Source: Octopus sinensis (taxonomy: Eukaryota). Taken from it: 64,000 nt of DNA. Location: NCBI RefSeq assembly GCF_006345805.1, contig NC_043018.1:12276001-12340000 (forward strand), in the 5' to 3' direction. This document shows positions 1-11,752 of the stretch, piece after piece. Position numbers and translations under genes: made by a program. Position 1 is the first letter of the stretch. Each line of letters begins with the position of its first letter. The notes beneath the pieces are model-generated. The model was not told where the DNA came from. It saw nothing but the letters and a program-made list of their open reading frames with translations, and did no database searches.

Positions 1-251
1 CTGCTAAGTTACGGGGACGTAGACATACCACCATTGGTTGTCAAGTGGTGGTGGTGGGGGACAAACACACACACACACACACAGACATATGTATACGAGG
101 GGCTTCTTTCAGTATCAATCTATCAAATCCACTCACAAGGCTTTGGTTGGCCCGAGGCTATAGTAGAAGACACTTGCCTAAGGTGCCACGCAGTGGGACT
201 GAACCCAGAACCATGTGGTTGGTAAGCAAACTACTTACCACACAGCCACTC
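1..251 (-). mobile_element. tRNA-derived SINE, family A (cut by the window edge)
   Basis: The reverse complement reads GAGTGGCTGTGTGGTAAGTAG...GGGTTCAGTCCCACTGCGTGGCACCTTAGGCAAGTGTCTTCTACTATAGCC, a tRNA-like A/B-box head. The same sequence recurs many times in the window. Confidence 0.85.
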
Positions 252-1110
252 ACATGTTTATATATATTATATATATTATGTATATTATGTATATTATACA
301 TATGTATATATGTGATGCACACACATGCGTGTGTAGATATATTTGTGTGTGTGTGTGTGTGTGTGTCTATGTATATATATGATATATATATATATATTGT
401 TTTTAGTTAGGCTATCAGGCTGTCAAGTGCCTGAGTAGAAATGTCTGCTGGAGCTCAGCCTATCAGCGAGAGACAACCATGAGTAGAACTGTGTGGACCC
501 AATAACCTAATTGTTTGTTACCTTTTTGACACCTTAGTAGATGAAATAAGGTTGAATCTAATCAATAAAAGATAAATAATAAAAGAATGTAAGTTACTAT
601 TCCCAGTGTTAGGATGGAAGACGATCAAAGAAAACCAGGAACATTAAGGCAAGAATCAACAAATCTTGGCCTTACACGGGGCATTCTCAATTTCATTATC
701 AGTAAACTGTCCTAGCTTGTGTTTAAAATTATTGATGTTTTGTGTGTGGCCTTGATATCTTCAGGCAACCCATGTATGCAGAACATGCAACAAAATTCAA
801 TAAGTTCTCCAATCTATTTAGACTAATCCTTTTGATGAATATTCTATTCTGATTTCTGTTTTCTCCACCGTTTAATTCGAAGTTGGTAATTTCCAGGGAT
901 AAGAACGGCATATACATATCAAGATGGCGTTTATGAGAAAATAATGATAGCCTTTTTGCATTGATTTGAAAGGTGTGTGAGAGAGAGAGAGAGAAAACTG
1001 GCGGAAAGATGTGTGGACTCCAGCCCCTTATTCAACACGTTCTTGGGATAAACCGTCATCAGTGCTTAATGGGAAATACCGTACTATTCTTTTGTATAAT
1101 TAGTAGTCGT

Positions 1111-1555
1111 GTAAGGTGGCAAGCTGGCAGAAACGTTAGCGTGCTGGGGAAATGCTTAACAGTATTTCATCTGCCGCTACGTTCTAAGTTCAAATTCCGC
1201 CAAAGTCAACTTTGCCTTTCATCCTTTTGGGGTAGACTAAATAAATACCAGTTATGCACTAGGGTTGATATAATCAACTTAATCCGTTTGTCTGTCCTTG
1301 TTTGTCCCTTCTGTGTGTAGCCCCTTGTGGGCAGTAAAGGAATAAGAAACATTAGTGCACTGGACGAAATGCTTAGCGGTATTTCATCTATCACTATGTT
1401 CTGAGTTCAAATTCCGCTGAGGTCGATTTTGCCTTTCATCCTTTCGAGGTTGATAAAGTAAGTACCAGTTGTGTACTGGGGTCAATCTTATCGACTGGCT
1501 CCCTCCCCCAAAATTTTGGGCCTTGTGCCTAGAGTTGGAAAGAATTATTAGTAGT
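1111..1555 (+). mobile_element. Two adjacent copies of SINE family B (central domain resembles the MetaSINE type)
   Basis: Both carry GTTCTGAGTTCAAATTCCGC..GGTCGACTTTGCCTTTCATCCTTT..GGTCGATAAA..AAGTACCAGT. The family recurs at 9802, 33582, 35385, 38767 and 41060. The Meta-domain assignment is from memory. Confidence 0.8.
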
Positions 1556-3600
1556 CATGTTTACTTTGCAACTATTATTATTCTGAAATACTGACAGTAA
1601 CAGTCGCAGTTTCGATTCTTGGTTGAGTAGTCAGGTAACTCATGTACTGCTTTTACTGGAAAATGCATGAAAGGGTTCATATTTTTCAAGGTGATAAGAG
1701 GGTGATTTGAAGGGGATTATAGAGAAATTAAAATTTTAAAGGGCCGTTTTTTCTTTTTCTTTTTTTTGCAGAATCAGAATCTCTGTACTCGAAAATGGAG
1801 GATTCTGTAAAAAACAAAAAAATAAAGGGGATGTGGTCCACATTCTTTACATCTGGCGCGGTATTTAGTCACGGTCCTTTACGTTTTGAGTTCAAATCCT
1901 TTCAAAGTTTACTTTGTCTATATTCCTTCTGGAGGTCAATATAATAAAATACAAGTGAAGTAATGCCTTATATAAAGAATCCAAGATATAAATAGAACTG
2001 ACAGAGCGACTAAAGGCGGTGCTCCAGCATGGCCGCAGTGAAAATGACTGGAACAAGTAAAAGAGTAAAAGAGTGAGTGCAGTGTAATATTAATTCTCAA
2101 ATGACAAGGGAACAAAAATTTCAGAAGCAACTTCATTGGCTTACAGCTGTTTCTATTTATTATGAGAAGCAGAGCACCCTGAGCTGAATGCTGGTGCAAG
2201 AACCCTATAGTTTCCTTCAAGTCATTAAAATGAAGAGTATGTTTATTTTGGAAAGCATTTAAATACATAGAAATGATTATCTTCAGAAAATAAGTTAAAT
2301 ATTATACTCTACACTGCATCAAGTTCTTTTTCTCTTGTTCATTAATCCCAATGGATGCACATATACACATACATTTATACACACCTTTGGAGATATTTGC
2401 ATATACATATTGTATGTATGTATGTATGTATGTGTGTATGTATGTATGTATGTATGTATGTATAAATATATGCATACACATGTATATAAATCTGCTTAAT
2501 GTGTTCTAATCCTATTTCTGTCAAGGTTTTCTACTTTCAACAATTCCTATACAGTAGTAACAGTGTAAGCTACACCTCACAATTAGTCAACTTTGGTTTG
2601 TTTCTATTTAGTATGTCCAGTATTAATTTAAGAAAAAAAATGTTGAACATTGTTTTATTATTACTTGGTAGTTAGACTGATCTTGGCCCTGTGGGATTTC
2701 TTGATTGGTCCCAGGAAGTGGTCCTTTCTCTCTGACAATATTACATATGGATTACACACAAACATGCCTGTGTCCAAAAGAAGTTTCAAAACAGCATTGC
2801 AAGTTTCATTTACTTACTTCTTACCTGTACCTCATTCTATGGCCCCAGAATATTGCTGTGCCCTACCTTGAGAAACACTGGATTAAAAGTATTGAAGGTG
2901 GTGCCTTAGCATAGCTGTGGTCTAATGACTGAAACCTGTAAAAGGATAAAAGAATTTAATTATGGCTTAGTCAGGAGAGGAAGGGCACCACCTGTGATCT
3001 TTTTCTGGATCTCCAAAATTAGAGATGAGGAAGTTATTCATTGCCTGGAAACCAGTCTTAGTGGACTCTGCCAAAGGTGTCCATAATCCAAGTTGGTGGT
3101 GTCAAACAGGGTAACTGATTAAGTTTATCATATAAAAATACTTTTTTTAAACACTTTTTGGACCACATATAACATCCAAATTTAGATAAAATTTGGCTCT
3201 TGTACTCCCCTCTTTACTACATTCACTGGTAGCCATGACCAAATTCATTAGAAGTACTCTCACCTGCTAGGTAGAGCCTTCTTTCATTGACACCTTGCAG
3301 TTTGATTCCATATGGTGTCATGTCCACTTATTCTTCTCTTAATGTTATCACCTGTTGTGGCTGGTTGTTTGACATTGTTATCTGAAGTTAGTTTGACATT
3401 GCATCAGTGACTAACGTGTTTGTTTGGCGTTGTGTCTTAAATTTACTGTCTGATAGTGTGTCTGAAATTGATGTTTTGTTTGGATTTACTGTCTAATGTT
3501 GTGACTGATTGCCTAGTGTTGTGTCTGAGGTTCCTGTGTAACATTGCGTTTGTGGTTGTTGTCTGGCATTACTGTCTAAAGTTATCATCATTGTCTTTAA

Positions 3601-3821
3601 CCCTTTTGTTACCAACCCAGCTGAAACCGGCTCTGGATCTGAGTACAAGTGTCTTGTTTTCATAAGTTTTGAATGAAAATCTTCCACCAAACCTTAGTCA
3701 CAATTTATTTTCCTAACACTAGCTGAATGATAACTCAGTTATTTTACTAAATTCTTTGTTTTATTTAAAATTAATTGAAAGAAACACAGAGCATCTCAAA
3801 ATAAATACAGTAGCGAAAGGG
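3601..3821. mobile_element. piggyBac-type MITE family 1, copy 1
   Basis: TTAA|CCCTTT...AAAGGG|TTAC ends. The body matches 34877-35083 and, inverted, 54927-55144. Confidence 0.7.
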
Positions 3822-5719
3822 TTACAGTTATTGAGGTTAGTGTCTGTTGTTGCTCTCCAAAATTACTGCCTCATGTGGTGCCTGAGATTACTCTGACATT
3901 AATGTCTAATATTAGCCATTGCTTTCAATGCATCAAATAAAAAAAAAATGAAAAACAAACCACAGCTTGAAAGAAAAGTCTGCTCCTCATAGAATGCATT
4001 GGAAAACAGCTTGTGAGGTTGTTTTTAGTTAAAACTGAAATTATTGGCTATGATGAGGCATTTTCATAAGGTAGAATTCCTTGAAAACAGATATTCTGTA
4101 TGCAAACACTTAAAAAACTGTCTCTCTATTCTCTTGGTAATTAATCTACTTTGAAGAAAATGAAAAGAAAAAAGCAGAATCTGTGAATTTCCTCTAGATT
4201 GTTATTATTTCCCTCTTTACCAAAATGTTTCACTTCATAAAATGTTTAATTAAAGTCAGGGGAATGGAACCATTCGGGAAACCACAGTGCCCCATTGCCC
4301 TAACCTCTTTTCATCACTTCATTCTTGCATTACAATGTCTTTCTAAGATGTTAAACTAACACATATTTATATTTTGCAATCAGCTCATCCCTGAATATTT
4401 TAGTTGTCTCTGGGCAAGACACTTTATCCAACATGATTCTGACCATCTGGATGTTGTGTAGGAGGCAGCAAACCATTTGTGAAAGATACATGTGATAGTC
4501 TGACGTTGTAGCCTGGAAGTGATTTGCCTCTCTTCCCTTAAAATCTATAGAAGGAGCCTCAATAGGGTTGCTAAATCTGGCCAGAAATAGCATCCAAACT
4601 GATGACTTTTATATCAGTAAATACTGCCGGATCAATACAGCCATAGACAATATGGCTTACAGTTGATAAAACCATTGTTGATATGGCCATAGTTGATACA
4701 ACTGCGTACTAACATAAGCTGCTGTTGATATAGATCATGGTTGATATGGCCATGATCGATACACACCAGAGATTGATGCAGCTCATCTCAGAGGTCAGCT
4801 TATATTGCTGGACAATTAAATAGACCAACATTGACAAGTTTCAGTAAAACTCTTGCCACAAGTTTATAGAAGAGGACAAGATTGGACATGTTTCCAGAAA
4901 GATTATTCTGGTCAAGTGATTACGGCAATGGACAACATGCACAACATCATATCGTTGTCATGTAAACAAAGTGGAGTGTTTCTTTGCTTAAATAATTGAT
5001 TGTCGATAAATGATTGCTAAATGATTTCACCAGCCAATTTCTGTTTATATTCCAGTGAGTTTTAATCCCCCACTTCCTGGTTAACGATAAGTATCAGCTG
5101 GTGGAGTTTACCACAGAATGGTTAAGTTTCTAATTTATTTAACTCAAAGTTTCTCAAAGGTCATGTCTATGTTGGAGGACCTTCTCCCAAAATAATTTTA
5201 CTAAGCATGTCAATTTGTCTGCCATGGATGGGGGATAAATTGCCATATTTAGTAAAATTAAGATGGTTTCTAACTTTTTAAACTTATCAAATATCACAGT
5301 GAAGAAAGGAAAATTACATGGCGTCAGAATCTCCACTTGTCTTTTCATTAATAAACTCAGAATGTAAAAAGCTGGAAGGAAAACGGCAAAGCAGTTTTTC
5401 TGAAGCAATAATAATGATTCTTTCCCATTTACAGTGCTTACACAACATGAATCACTGATAAATTATTTTAAGACACCATCTTAGAATTAACAGATGACAT
5501 ATATTTAATACTTGGAACATAAAGTCACTAAAGTAGCACCAAACATTGTGGTGAGAAGAAAATAATATTTGTTGATGATGAATATATTTTTGTTCTGTTT
5601 TTATTTTTATTGGCAAGAATAGGAGAGAAATGCAAAGATGCTTTGTTCTTGTTGGAGTTCATTACATTAGCTCCAGTTTCAATTTAACTTAAGCTTAAAT
5701 TTAAATCTTACGTTGTGAG

Positions 5720-6080
5720 ATTCATAAGGCAGTAAGCCTCAGTGAGTGGAATTGGTTTGTGACAGTTCCTTCTGCTTCTGGTGATTTTGTGCATTTGAGG
5801 CTTTCCTGGAATTTCTGAGGCCATGTGTTTTTGGTCCAGCCTCGCCCCATTTTCTTTCTTCCAGTGTCTACATCATTACAGTTTTTGTCTGTTGAAGGAT
5901 TTGCAGATGGCAAAATATGACTTGCCAGGAGATACCAATGCAATGCCATGATGTTTTACAGCAGCTGAGATTTACTTTGCAATAGAATTTCTTCATTTGT
6001 GATTCTGCATTGCTAAATGACTTTAAGGATCTTTCATAGACATCATTACTGGAATGTTTTTGAAATCCCTTATAGATGGA
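5720..6080 (-). mobile_element. Decayed RTE-type LINE ORF2 C-terminus
   Basis: Minus-strand translation gives ITNEEIL...LHWYLLASHIL...GRKKMGRGWTKNTW, matching the RTE pattern ItNeEvl..RrwlGHilR..GkR.rGRPk.TW, with stops. Confidence 0.55.
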
Positions 6081-6160
6081 GGATTGTTAGTTATTGTAAG
6101 GGTTTTTACAAAACTGGGTTACTAACCTGATACCACCTTTCTCCATTTTCAACTAGTAAA

Positions 6161-6504
6161 GGTGCATGGCTCAGTGGTTAGAGCATTGAGTTCACAATCA
6201 TGAGGTAGTGGGTTCAATCCTTGGACCAGGGTGGGTATTGTGTTCTTGAGCAAGACACTTTATTTCACGTTGCTCCAGTTCATTCAGCTGTAGAAATGAG
6301 TTGTGGCATCACTGGTGCCAAGCTGTATCAGCCTTTGCCTCTCCCTTGGATAACATCAGTGGCATGGAGAGGGGAGGCTGGTATGCATGGGTGACTGCTG
6401 CCTTCCATAAGTAACCTTGCCCAGACTTGTTCCTTGGAGAGTAACTTTCCAGGTGAAGTCCCATAGTCATTCATAACCAAAGGAGTTTTTTTTTTACCCT
6501 TTTA
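6161..6504 (+). mobile_element. Full-length tRNA-derived SINE, family C (CORE-like centre)
   Basis: GGTGCATGGCTCAGTGGTTAGAGC A-box, GGGTTCAATCC B-box and CTTGAGCAAGACACTTTATTTCAC core. Other copies lie at 30321, 43337 (-), 53862 (-) and 55317. Confidence 0.85.
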
Positions 6505-6745
6505 CCCATTTTCAACTATGTTTGGGACCATCTATGACTGAGTTCAGCCAGTTACTAATGAATAAATGATGGAAATGCTAAATGAATATACAGCGATTAA
6601 TATTTTTGGATGTGTAAAGGAGAGTTTTGAGGTACCTGTTGCATAATGAATTATAGTTAATTAGATGAATAATTAGGTTATTAAAATCCTTAGACTAGGA
6701 TCAGATATGTGGCGAAAGGATTTTACTCATTGGTTGATATTTTAT

Positions 6746-7000
6746 ATCATCATCATCATCATCGTTTAGCGTCCGTTTTCCGTGCTAGCACGGGTTGTAT
6801 GGTTCGACTGGGGTCTGGGAAGCCAGGAGGCTACCAGGCTCCAGTCTGATCTGGCAGTGTTTCTACAGCTGGATGCCCTTCCTAATGCCAACCACTCCAT
6901 GAGTGTAGTGGGTGCTTTTTATGTGTCACCGGCACAGAAGCCAGTCAAGGCGGCGCTGGCATCGGCCACGTTCGGATGGTGCTTTTTATGTGCCACCGGC
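6746..7000 (-). mobile_element. 5'-truncated RTE 3'-UTR copy with (GAT)n tail
   Basis: (CAT)n followed by the reverse complement of GGAGTGGTTGGC.TTAGGAAGGGCATCCAGC...CATGCTAGCA. Same family as 12810-13406 and 60053-60620. Confidence 0.75.
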
Positions 7001-7439
7001 TTCAATGTATACATATTTTGTGGGAATACTGTTGTTGGGTACAGGTTTCCATTGGGTCTATCCCATTTGCCCTTTAACATTCTCAAGAAATGAACGAATG
7101 CTGCAAAATCCTTTGACCTTTTAGAAACATCTGAGAATAACAAACTTTCCTGATTACCTTCTGTCTTGTGATGGGAAATCAATATTTTATCTGTCTAAGG
7201 TAAATGATGAAGCTGCTTTCTCTTGCCTTAAAATAAAAACAGAGATTCTGTGAAACATTGTTTTTTTTTTCAAGAATAATTTTTAAAAAAGCATTGAATT
7301 TGTGTGTGTGTGTGTGTGTGCTGGAGTGGTATGTATATTTTGTATATGTGTTTATGTGTCTATGCCAATTGTTTGTATACACATGTCAAAAGCAAGTGAT
7401 GACCTTGCTCACATAGCAGATTCTGTAAGAAAATAAAGC

Positions 7440-7972
7440 ATCTTGTGAGAAAAGTTGGGCATAAGAAGCAATAGATGTGGTGTGCAAGAGAGGCGACTGC
7501 ATTAGTATGGTCATGTGATACATATGGACAGGGACAGCTTTGTAATGAAGTGTCGCTCTCTAACTGTGGAGGAACCTATGGAAGAGGTAGTCCCAGGAAG
7601 GCATAGGATGAGGTGGTGAAGCATGATCTGTGAATGTTGGGCCTCATGGAGGTGATGACAAGTGATTGAGAGTTCTGGCGATCTGCTGTGCAGGAGAGGA
7701 CTTGTCAGGCCAAGCGAAATCGTAGCTGTGGTGTTGCTGGTGCCATGTAAATGACACGTGTACATCATAGTCGTTGATGTTACCATGTAAATGGCACCTG
7801 TGAATTGTCGTGATTGATGCCGGTGCCATGTAAATAACACCTGTGCATTGTAGTCTAGGTCATCAATGGTGCCATGAAAATTGGCACCTTGGGAATTGTT
7901 AGGGTTGCTGCCAGTGCCATGTAAATGACACCCACACATGAATCGCGGTCGTTGCCTATGTCATGTAAATAG
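7440..7972 (+). mobile_element. RTE LINE 3' end (decayed ORF2 C-terminus plus 3' UTR hairpin array)
   Basis: Translates as EKLGIRSNRCGVQERRLH*YGHVIHMD../GTYGRGSPRKA*DEVVKHDL*MLGL..D*EFWRSAV, i.e. the RTE RRLrWYGHV..GRGRPRKTW..DR..WR motifs. Confidence 0.8.
7739..7972 (+). repeat. Array of six 20-nt palindromic units (consensus GGTGCCATGTAAATGRCACC) with variable spacers
   Basis: Units start at 7739, 7779, 7822, 7868, 7913 and 7958 (last one partial). Period is 40-46 bp. Confidence 0.85.
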
Positions 7973-8455
7973 AATTTTTTCTATTTCTATAAATAGAAAA
8001 AATTCTTGTTTGTCTCCATTGAACCAAATAAGATCCCCCCCCCATTGATAAATCTAAATAACAAAGTGAACTCAGTAATAAAAAAAAATCTACAGATGGA
8101 GAAGGACCTTCTACCGCCATGTTCTTAATGATGAAATTAACCTCTCTGTCTATATATCTACCCTCTTTGTAATGTTGGCAAAGGAAATAAGTATAAAAAT
8201 GAGCATTGTCCATTTAATAAAAAAATTCTATATGTGGCTGAAGATTGCTTTACATTTTAAAACTGATGTAATACTTACATTGTTTAATTAAATGAAGTAG
8301 CATGAAACAATTGTACTACACTACCTTGGATATCCTTGTTGCTTATTTTGATTATAATCACCCCATTTGATTTATATGGATAATACCATATCAAATTCTG
8401 GTGCCTTTAAATTAAGTACCATATTCATCTGAATCTAAATTTTGCTATATATATA

Positions 8456-8507
<52 letters not shown>

Positions 8508-8523
8508 ATATATCATAACTTCA

Positions 8524-8770
8524 GGCCGACCAAAGCCTTGTGAGTGGATTTCATTCACAGAAATTGAAAGAAGACTGTCGTATATATGTGGTGTATATTT
8601 GCTTGACAACCGATGTTGCTGTGTTTACATTCGAAAACTTGGTGGTTTGGCAAAAGATACTGATAGAGTAAGTACTAGGCTCACAAAGAATAAATCCTGT
8701 GGTCGATTTGTTCGACCCACTTCAATGCTCCAGCATGGCTGCAGTCACATGACTGAAACAAGTAAAACAA
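8524..8770 (+). mobile_element. SINE family A, 3' two-thirds
   Basis: GGCCGACCAAAGCCTTGTGAGTGGATT...GCTCCAGCATGGCTGCAGTCACATGACTGAAACAAGTAAAA. Confidence 0.8.
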
Positions 8771-8821
8771 TAAAAAAAACTATGCCATTTTAACCCTGGG
8801 CAGGGCCGGGTATCTCTGCTA

Positions 8822-8822
<1 letters not shown>
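8771..8822 (+). mobile_element. Helitron 3' terminus
   Basis: Subterminal GC hairpin ACCCTGGGCAGGGCCGGGT, then ATCTCTG-CTAG|T. A closely similar end occurs inverted at 52909-52958. Confidence 0.7.
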
Positions 8823-8859
<37 letters not shown>

Positions 8860-8861
<2 letters not shown>

Positions 8862-9035
8862 TTTGTATCTTTTATCTTTTGCTTGTTTGAGTCATTAGAC
8901 TGTGGCCATGTTGGGGCACTGCCTTGAAGTACATTTTATTTTTTTAAGCCTGGTACATATTCTATAGATCTCTTTTGCCTAACTGGTAAGTTATGGGGAT
9001 GTAAACACGCCAACAGTGGTTGTCAAGCAGGGGCA
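8860..9035 (-). mobile_element. SINE family A, 3' part
   Basis: TCTTTTGCTTGTTTGAGTCATTAGACTGTGGCCATG...CTCTTTTGCCTAACTGGTAAGTTATGGGGATGTAAACAC is the reverse complement of the family A tail. Confidence 0.75.
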
Positions 9036-9801
9036 ATGGGCATCTCACGTTATTGGCATGTATGCACTATCTTTTCCCTCCATCTTGAACTTCCTTGCTT
9101 CAGTCAGCAGCGGTCAGAGGGACAAATTGTTTTACTTGGGACTATTTTTCAGTCTTTGACAGATTTGATTTCTATTGAGTCAATTGTTACCATGGCTGCT
9201 GCTTCTAGCTCAGCATCCACTTCGTTGGTTGCTTTGTCTTCTACAAGTTTATATTTGTCTGTTGATACTTTCTTCTTCTGCCTCCTGATTTCCTCTCTCC
9301 ATCCGTCATCGTCTCCATCCGTCATCGTCTCTACTTCTACCTTTCAGCAATTGTTTCCTTTTTCTCTTTTTTTTCTGAAAATCTTTCTGGTTTTCATTCT
9401 ACACTTTCCTTCGGTTCTTCTTTTTTTATTTGCCAATAGGTTTTTCTATTTTCTTTTTTTCTTTTTGCTATCTTTTCTTTCTTTTGCTTTGCTTCCTCTT
9501 TTTTCATTGATATTTTGTTTTTTTAATATATTACATTTTATAACAACATTTAAATACAAAGAAATGAGGGAAAGAAGAGAAATAAAAAAGAAAGAAAAGG
9601 TAAAAAGGTGAAAAAGGGAAGGGCAAGCAGTGGAAGGTGGAGGGGAGGGTTGAAGGGCCACAAATGCAAGAACAAGTGGGGTTCTCAGCTGCACCCCTTG
9701 GCAATGGTCGCAAGGGTGTTTTCTCTGTGCTTTTTACATTTGTTTTTTTGCTCTCCCCCTTTTATTTTATATATATTTCTAAACCTTTCTTTTTCTATCC
9801 C

Positions 9802-10018
9802 TTATTTCTTTATTGCCCACAAGGGGCTAAACGTAGAGGGGACAAACGGATTAAGTTGATTACATCGACCCCAGTGCATAACTGGGACTTAATTTATCGA
9901 CCCTGAAAGGATGAAAGGCAAAGTCGACCTTGTCGGAATTTGAACTCAGAACATAACGGCAGACGAAATACCGCTAAGCATTTCGCCCGGCGTGCTAACG
10001 TTTCTGCCAGCTCACCGC
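9802..10018 (-). mobile_element. SINE family B, near full length and little decayed
   Basis: Reverse complement of 1111-1348, with most CpGs retained. Confidence 0.85.
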
Positions 10019-10029
10019 CTTCTTTTTCT

Positions 10030-10545
10030 ATCCCTGTCTTTCTATATCGGACCTTGTCTGTTTTTTTGTAGGGTCTGATATTCAGGGGTTATTTACAGGA
10101 TTACCTCTAATATTAATAATACTCTCTGGGTATTGTACCTTCCCTGTCCTATTCTGTACATATACTATTTTATCCTTATATCCTGCCCTAGCTTGGGTTG
10201 TAATATTTAGTATGCATGTTATCCTTGGATAGTCTGGATATTGTTTGGAACCCTTCTCAGGACACTTTGCAGTTTATGTTCTGGATGGTTAGATCTGCAG
10301 CTCACATATTTTAAGTTTTCATTTTGCTTATGGAACAGTTTGAACTTTCTGTTGTTGAGGCCAAGCTTTACATCCATGAATTTTACAACTTTATGATTTT
10401 TTTCTATTTCTATTTCCAATCCAAAGAATTCCTAAAAAATTAAAAAAGTTTTTCTGACATTTTTCTATTTCTGTGTTACTACTGTAAGCTTCCCTGTCCT
10501 ATTTGCTCACATTTACCAATGGTTTCCCCAATTGTGCTGATGAGC
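10030..10545 (-). mobile_element. Penelope-like element, RT C-terminal/thumb remnant
   Basis: VKFMDVKLGLNNRKFKLFHKQNENLKYVSCRSNHPEHKLQSV...QARAGYKDKIVY matches the PLE pattern v.FLDv..Y.K.n..Yv...SNHP...AL..sGY...l.Y, with frameshifts. Confidence 0.8.
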
Positions 10546-10668
10546 CCTTTTCTACCATTAAAAAAACTGTTGACCTACACACACATGCACAAATACACTT
10601 ACTGGTTTCAGTCATTCGGGCACTTCTTGCAAGTGTTTAGTTGATTATATGGATCCCAGTATGTAGTA

Positions 10669-11050
10669 TGAGGTGGTATCAGAATGTTCTTGGGCTAGTT
10701 CTGTTGCACACCAACAGATGGCAGCACATGGTTGCATGCCCAGTGAGAGCTGGCAGTGACCTTCATGAGGCGGTGTGCTGAGTGGCATCACTTGGTTTAC
10801 TTCGTGAGTTGTGAAATTTGTGTTTTTGTGGATCCTGTGTCTGCTGTAGCCTGCGATTTTGTCATGGGCAGGAAGCTGGAACAAAAAGCCAATGTGAAAT
10901 TCTGCACTAAAGTTTGAAAATCTACTACAGAGACATTGGACATGTTTTGGCAAGGTTACAGCAATGAAACAGCAGTCATCACAATGGAAGAGGCCTTCAT
11001 CTCCGTGACCAAAGAAGGCAACTCAATTAATACAATGCTGAATTTTCCTC
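10669..11050 (+). mobile_element. Internally deleted mariner (left end plus transposase fragments)
   Basis: TA|TGAGGTGGTATCAGAATGTT TIR-like start. From 10864 it reads MGRKLEQKANVKFCTKV*KSTTETLDM, fused to QSSQWKRPSSP*PKKA. No right TIR was seen. Confidence 0.75.
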
Positions 11051-11079
11051 ATTGAAAAATACAGCATTGGAAAATATCA

Positions 11080-11200
11080 GCTTCCCTGATAAGTAACCTT
11101 CTCAACATACTCGATTTCAACTTGTCTGCGGTTGACAAGTTATGCTTGGGTGCCACCAGATGACATAGCTTTGGTTTTCTCAGCTTTACTTCTACCCACA
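11080..11200 (-). mobile_element. LINE RT remnant (domain 6-7 region)
   Basis: EKTKAM...IEYVEKVTYQGS resembles KTK.M...lE.V..F.YLGS. Confidence 0.5.
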
Positions 11201-11721
11201 AACTGAATAGGCCATCTGTCATGGCCTGTAGCATATCTCTATCTATGGGTTAAGTAATGCCAACTTGCCTGCAAAATCCAAATTTGTCAGTCTGTCCAGT
11301 CAACCACATTATTCCAGAACTGGTGCTGGTCATTGCTTTCTGCAATGTGTATAGTCTTGTGCTAGTGTTTGTTCATTGCTTGACTCTCTCATGTTTTTCA
11401 TTAGTCATGGATATTATTTCTGTGGTGTGTTGTAGGTGGGGGTCAGGGTGTTGTTATTTGTTTGTGGTTTGTTGGTGACTTGGTGGTGGCCATCTGAGTT
11501 TGTTTATATTTAGTTTTGGTTCATTGTATTATTTGTCTGTGTGTGTGTGTGTAAGGTTTATTTAATTGAATATTTTGAACGAGTTTATTTGAAAAAATAA
11601 AGGGGTTACTCTATTTCTAGTGAATGGTGCTTTTCATTGCAGGTGGGAAAATTGTTTGGTGAGAAAACTCACGAAACAATCTATTTTTTATGGGATTGTT
11701 TTGGACAAATAATTCTTTGTG

Positions 11722-11752
<31 letters not shown>

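Noticed and set aside
4351-4593. 80-aa minus-strand ORF that looks protein-like
   Set aside because: No recognised motif and no convincing splice-site pair. The length is within chance expectation.
6161-6235. tRNA genes (here and at other SINE heads)
   Set aside because: The A/B boxes continue into SINE bodies and no complete cloverleaf is supportable.
7739-7972. True CRISPR array
   Set aside because: Eukaryotic context, no cas genes or leader, spacers partly homologous to one another, and it is embedded in an RTE 3' UTR.
9036-9611. 191-aa hydrophobic ORF resembling a membrane protein
   Set aside because: It is the antisense of A-rich low-complexity or TE sequence, and the F/L/S bias follows from the T-rich composition.
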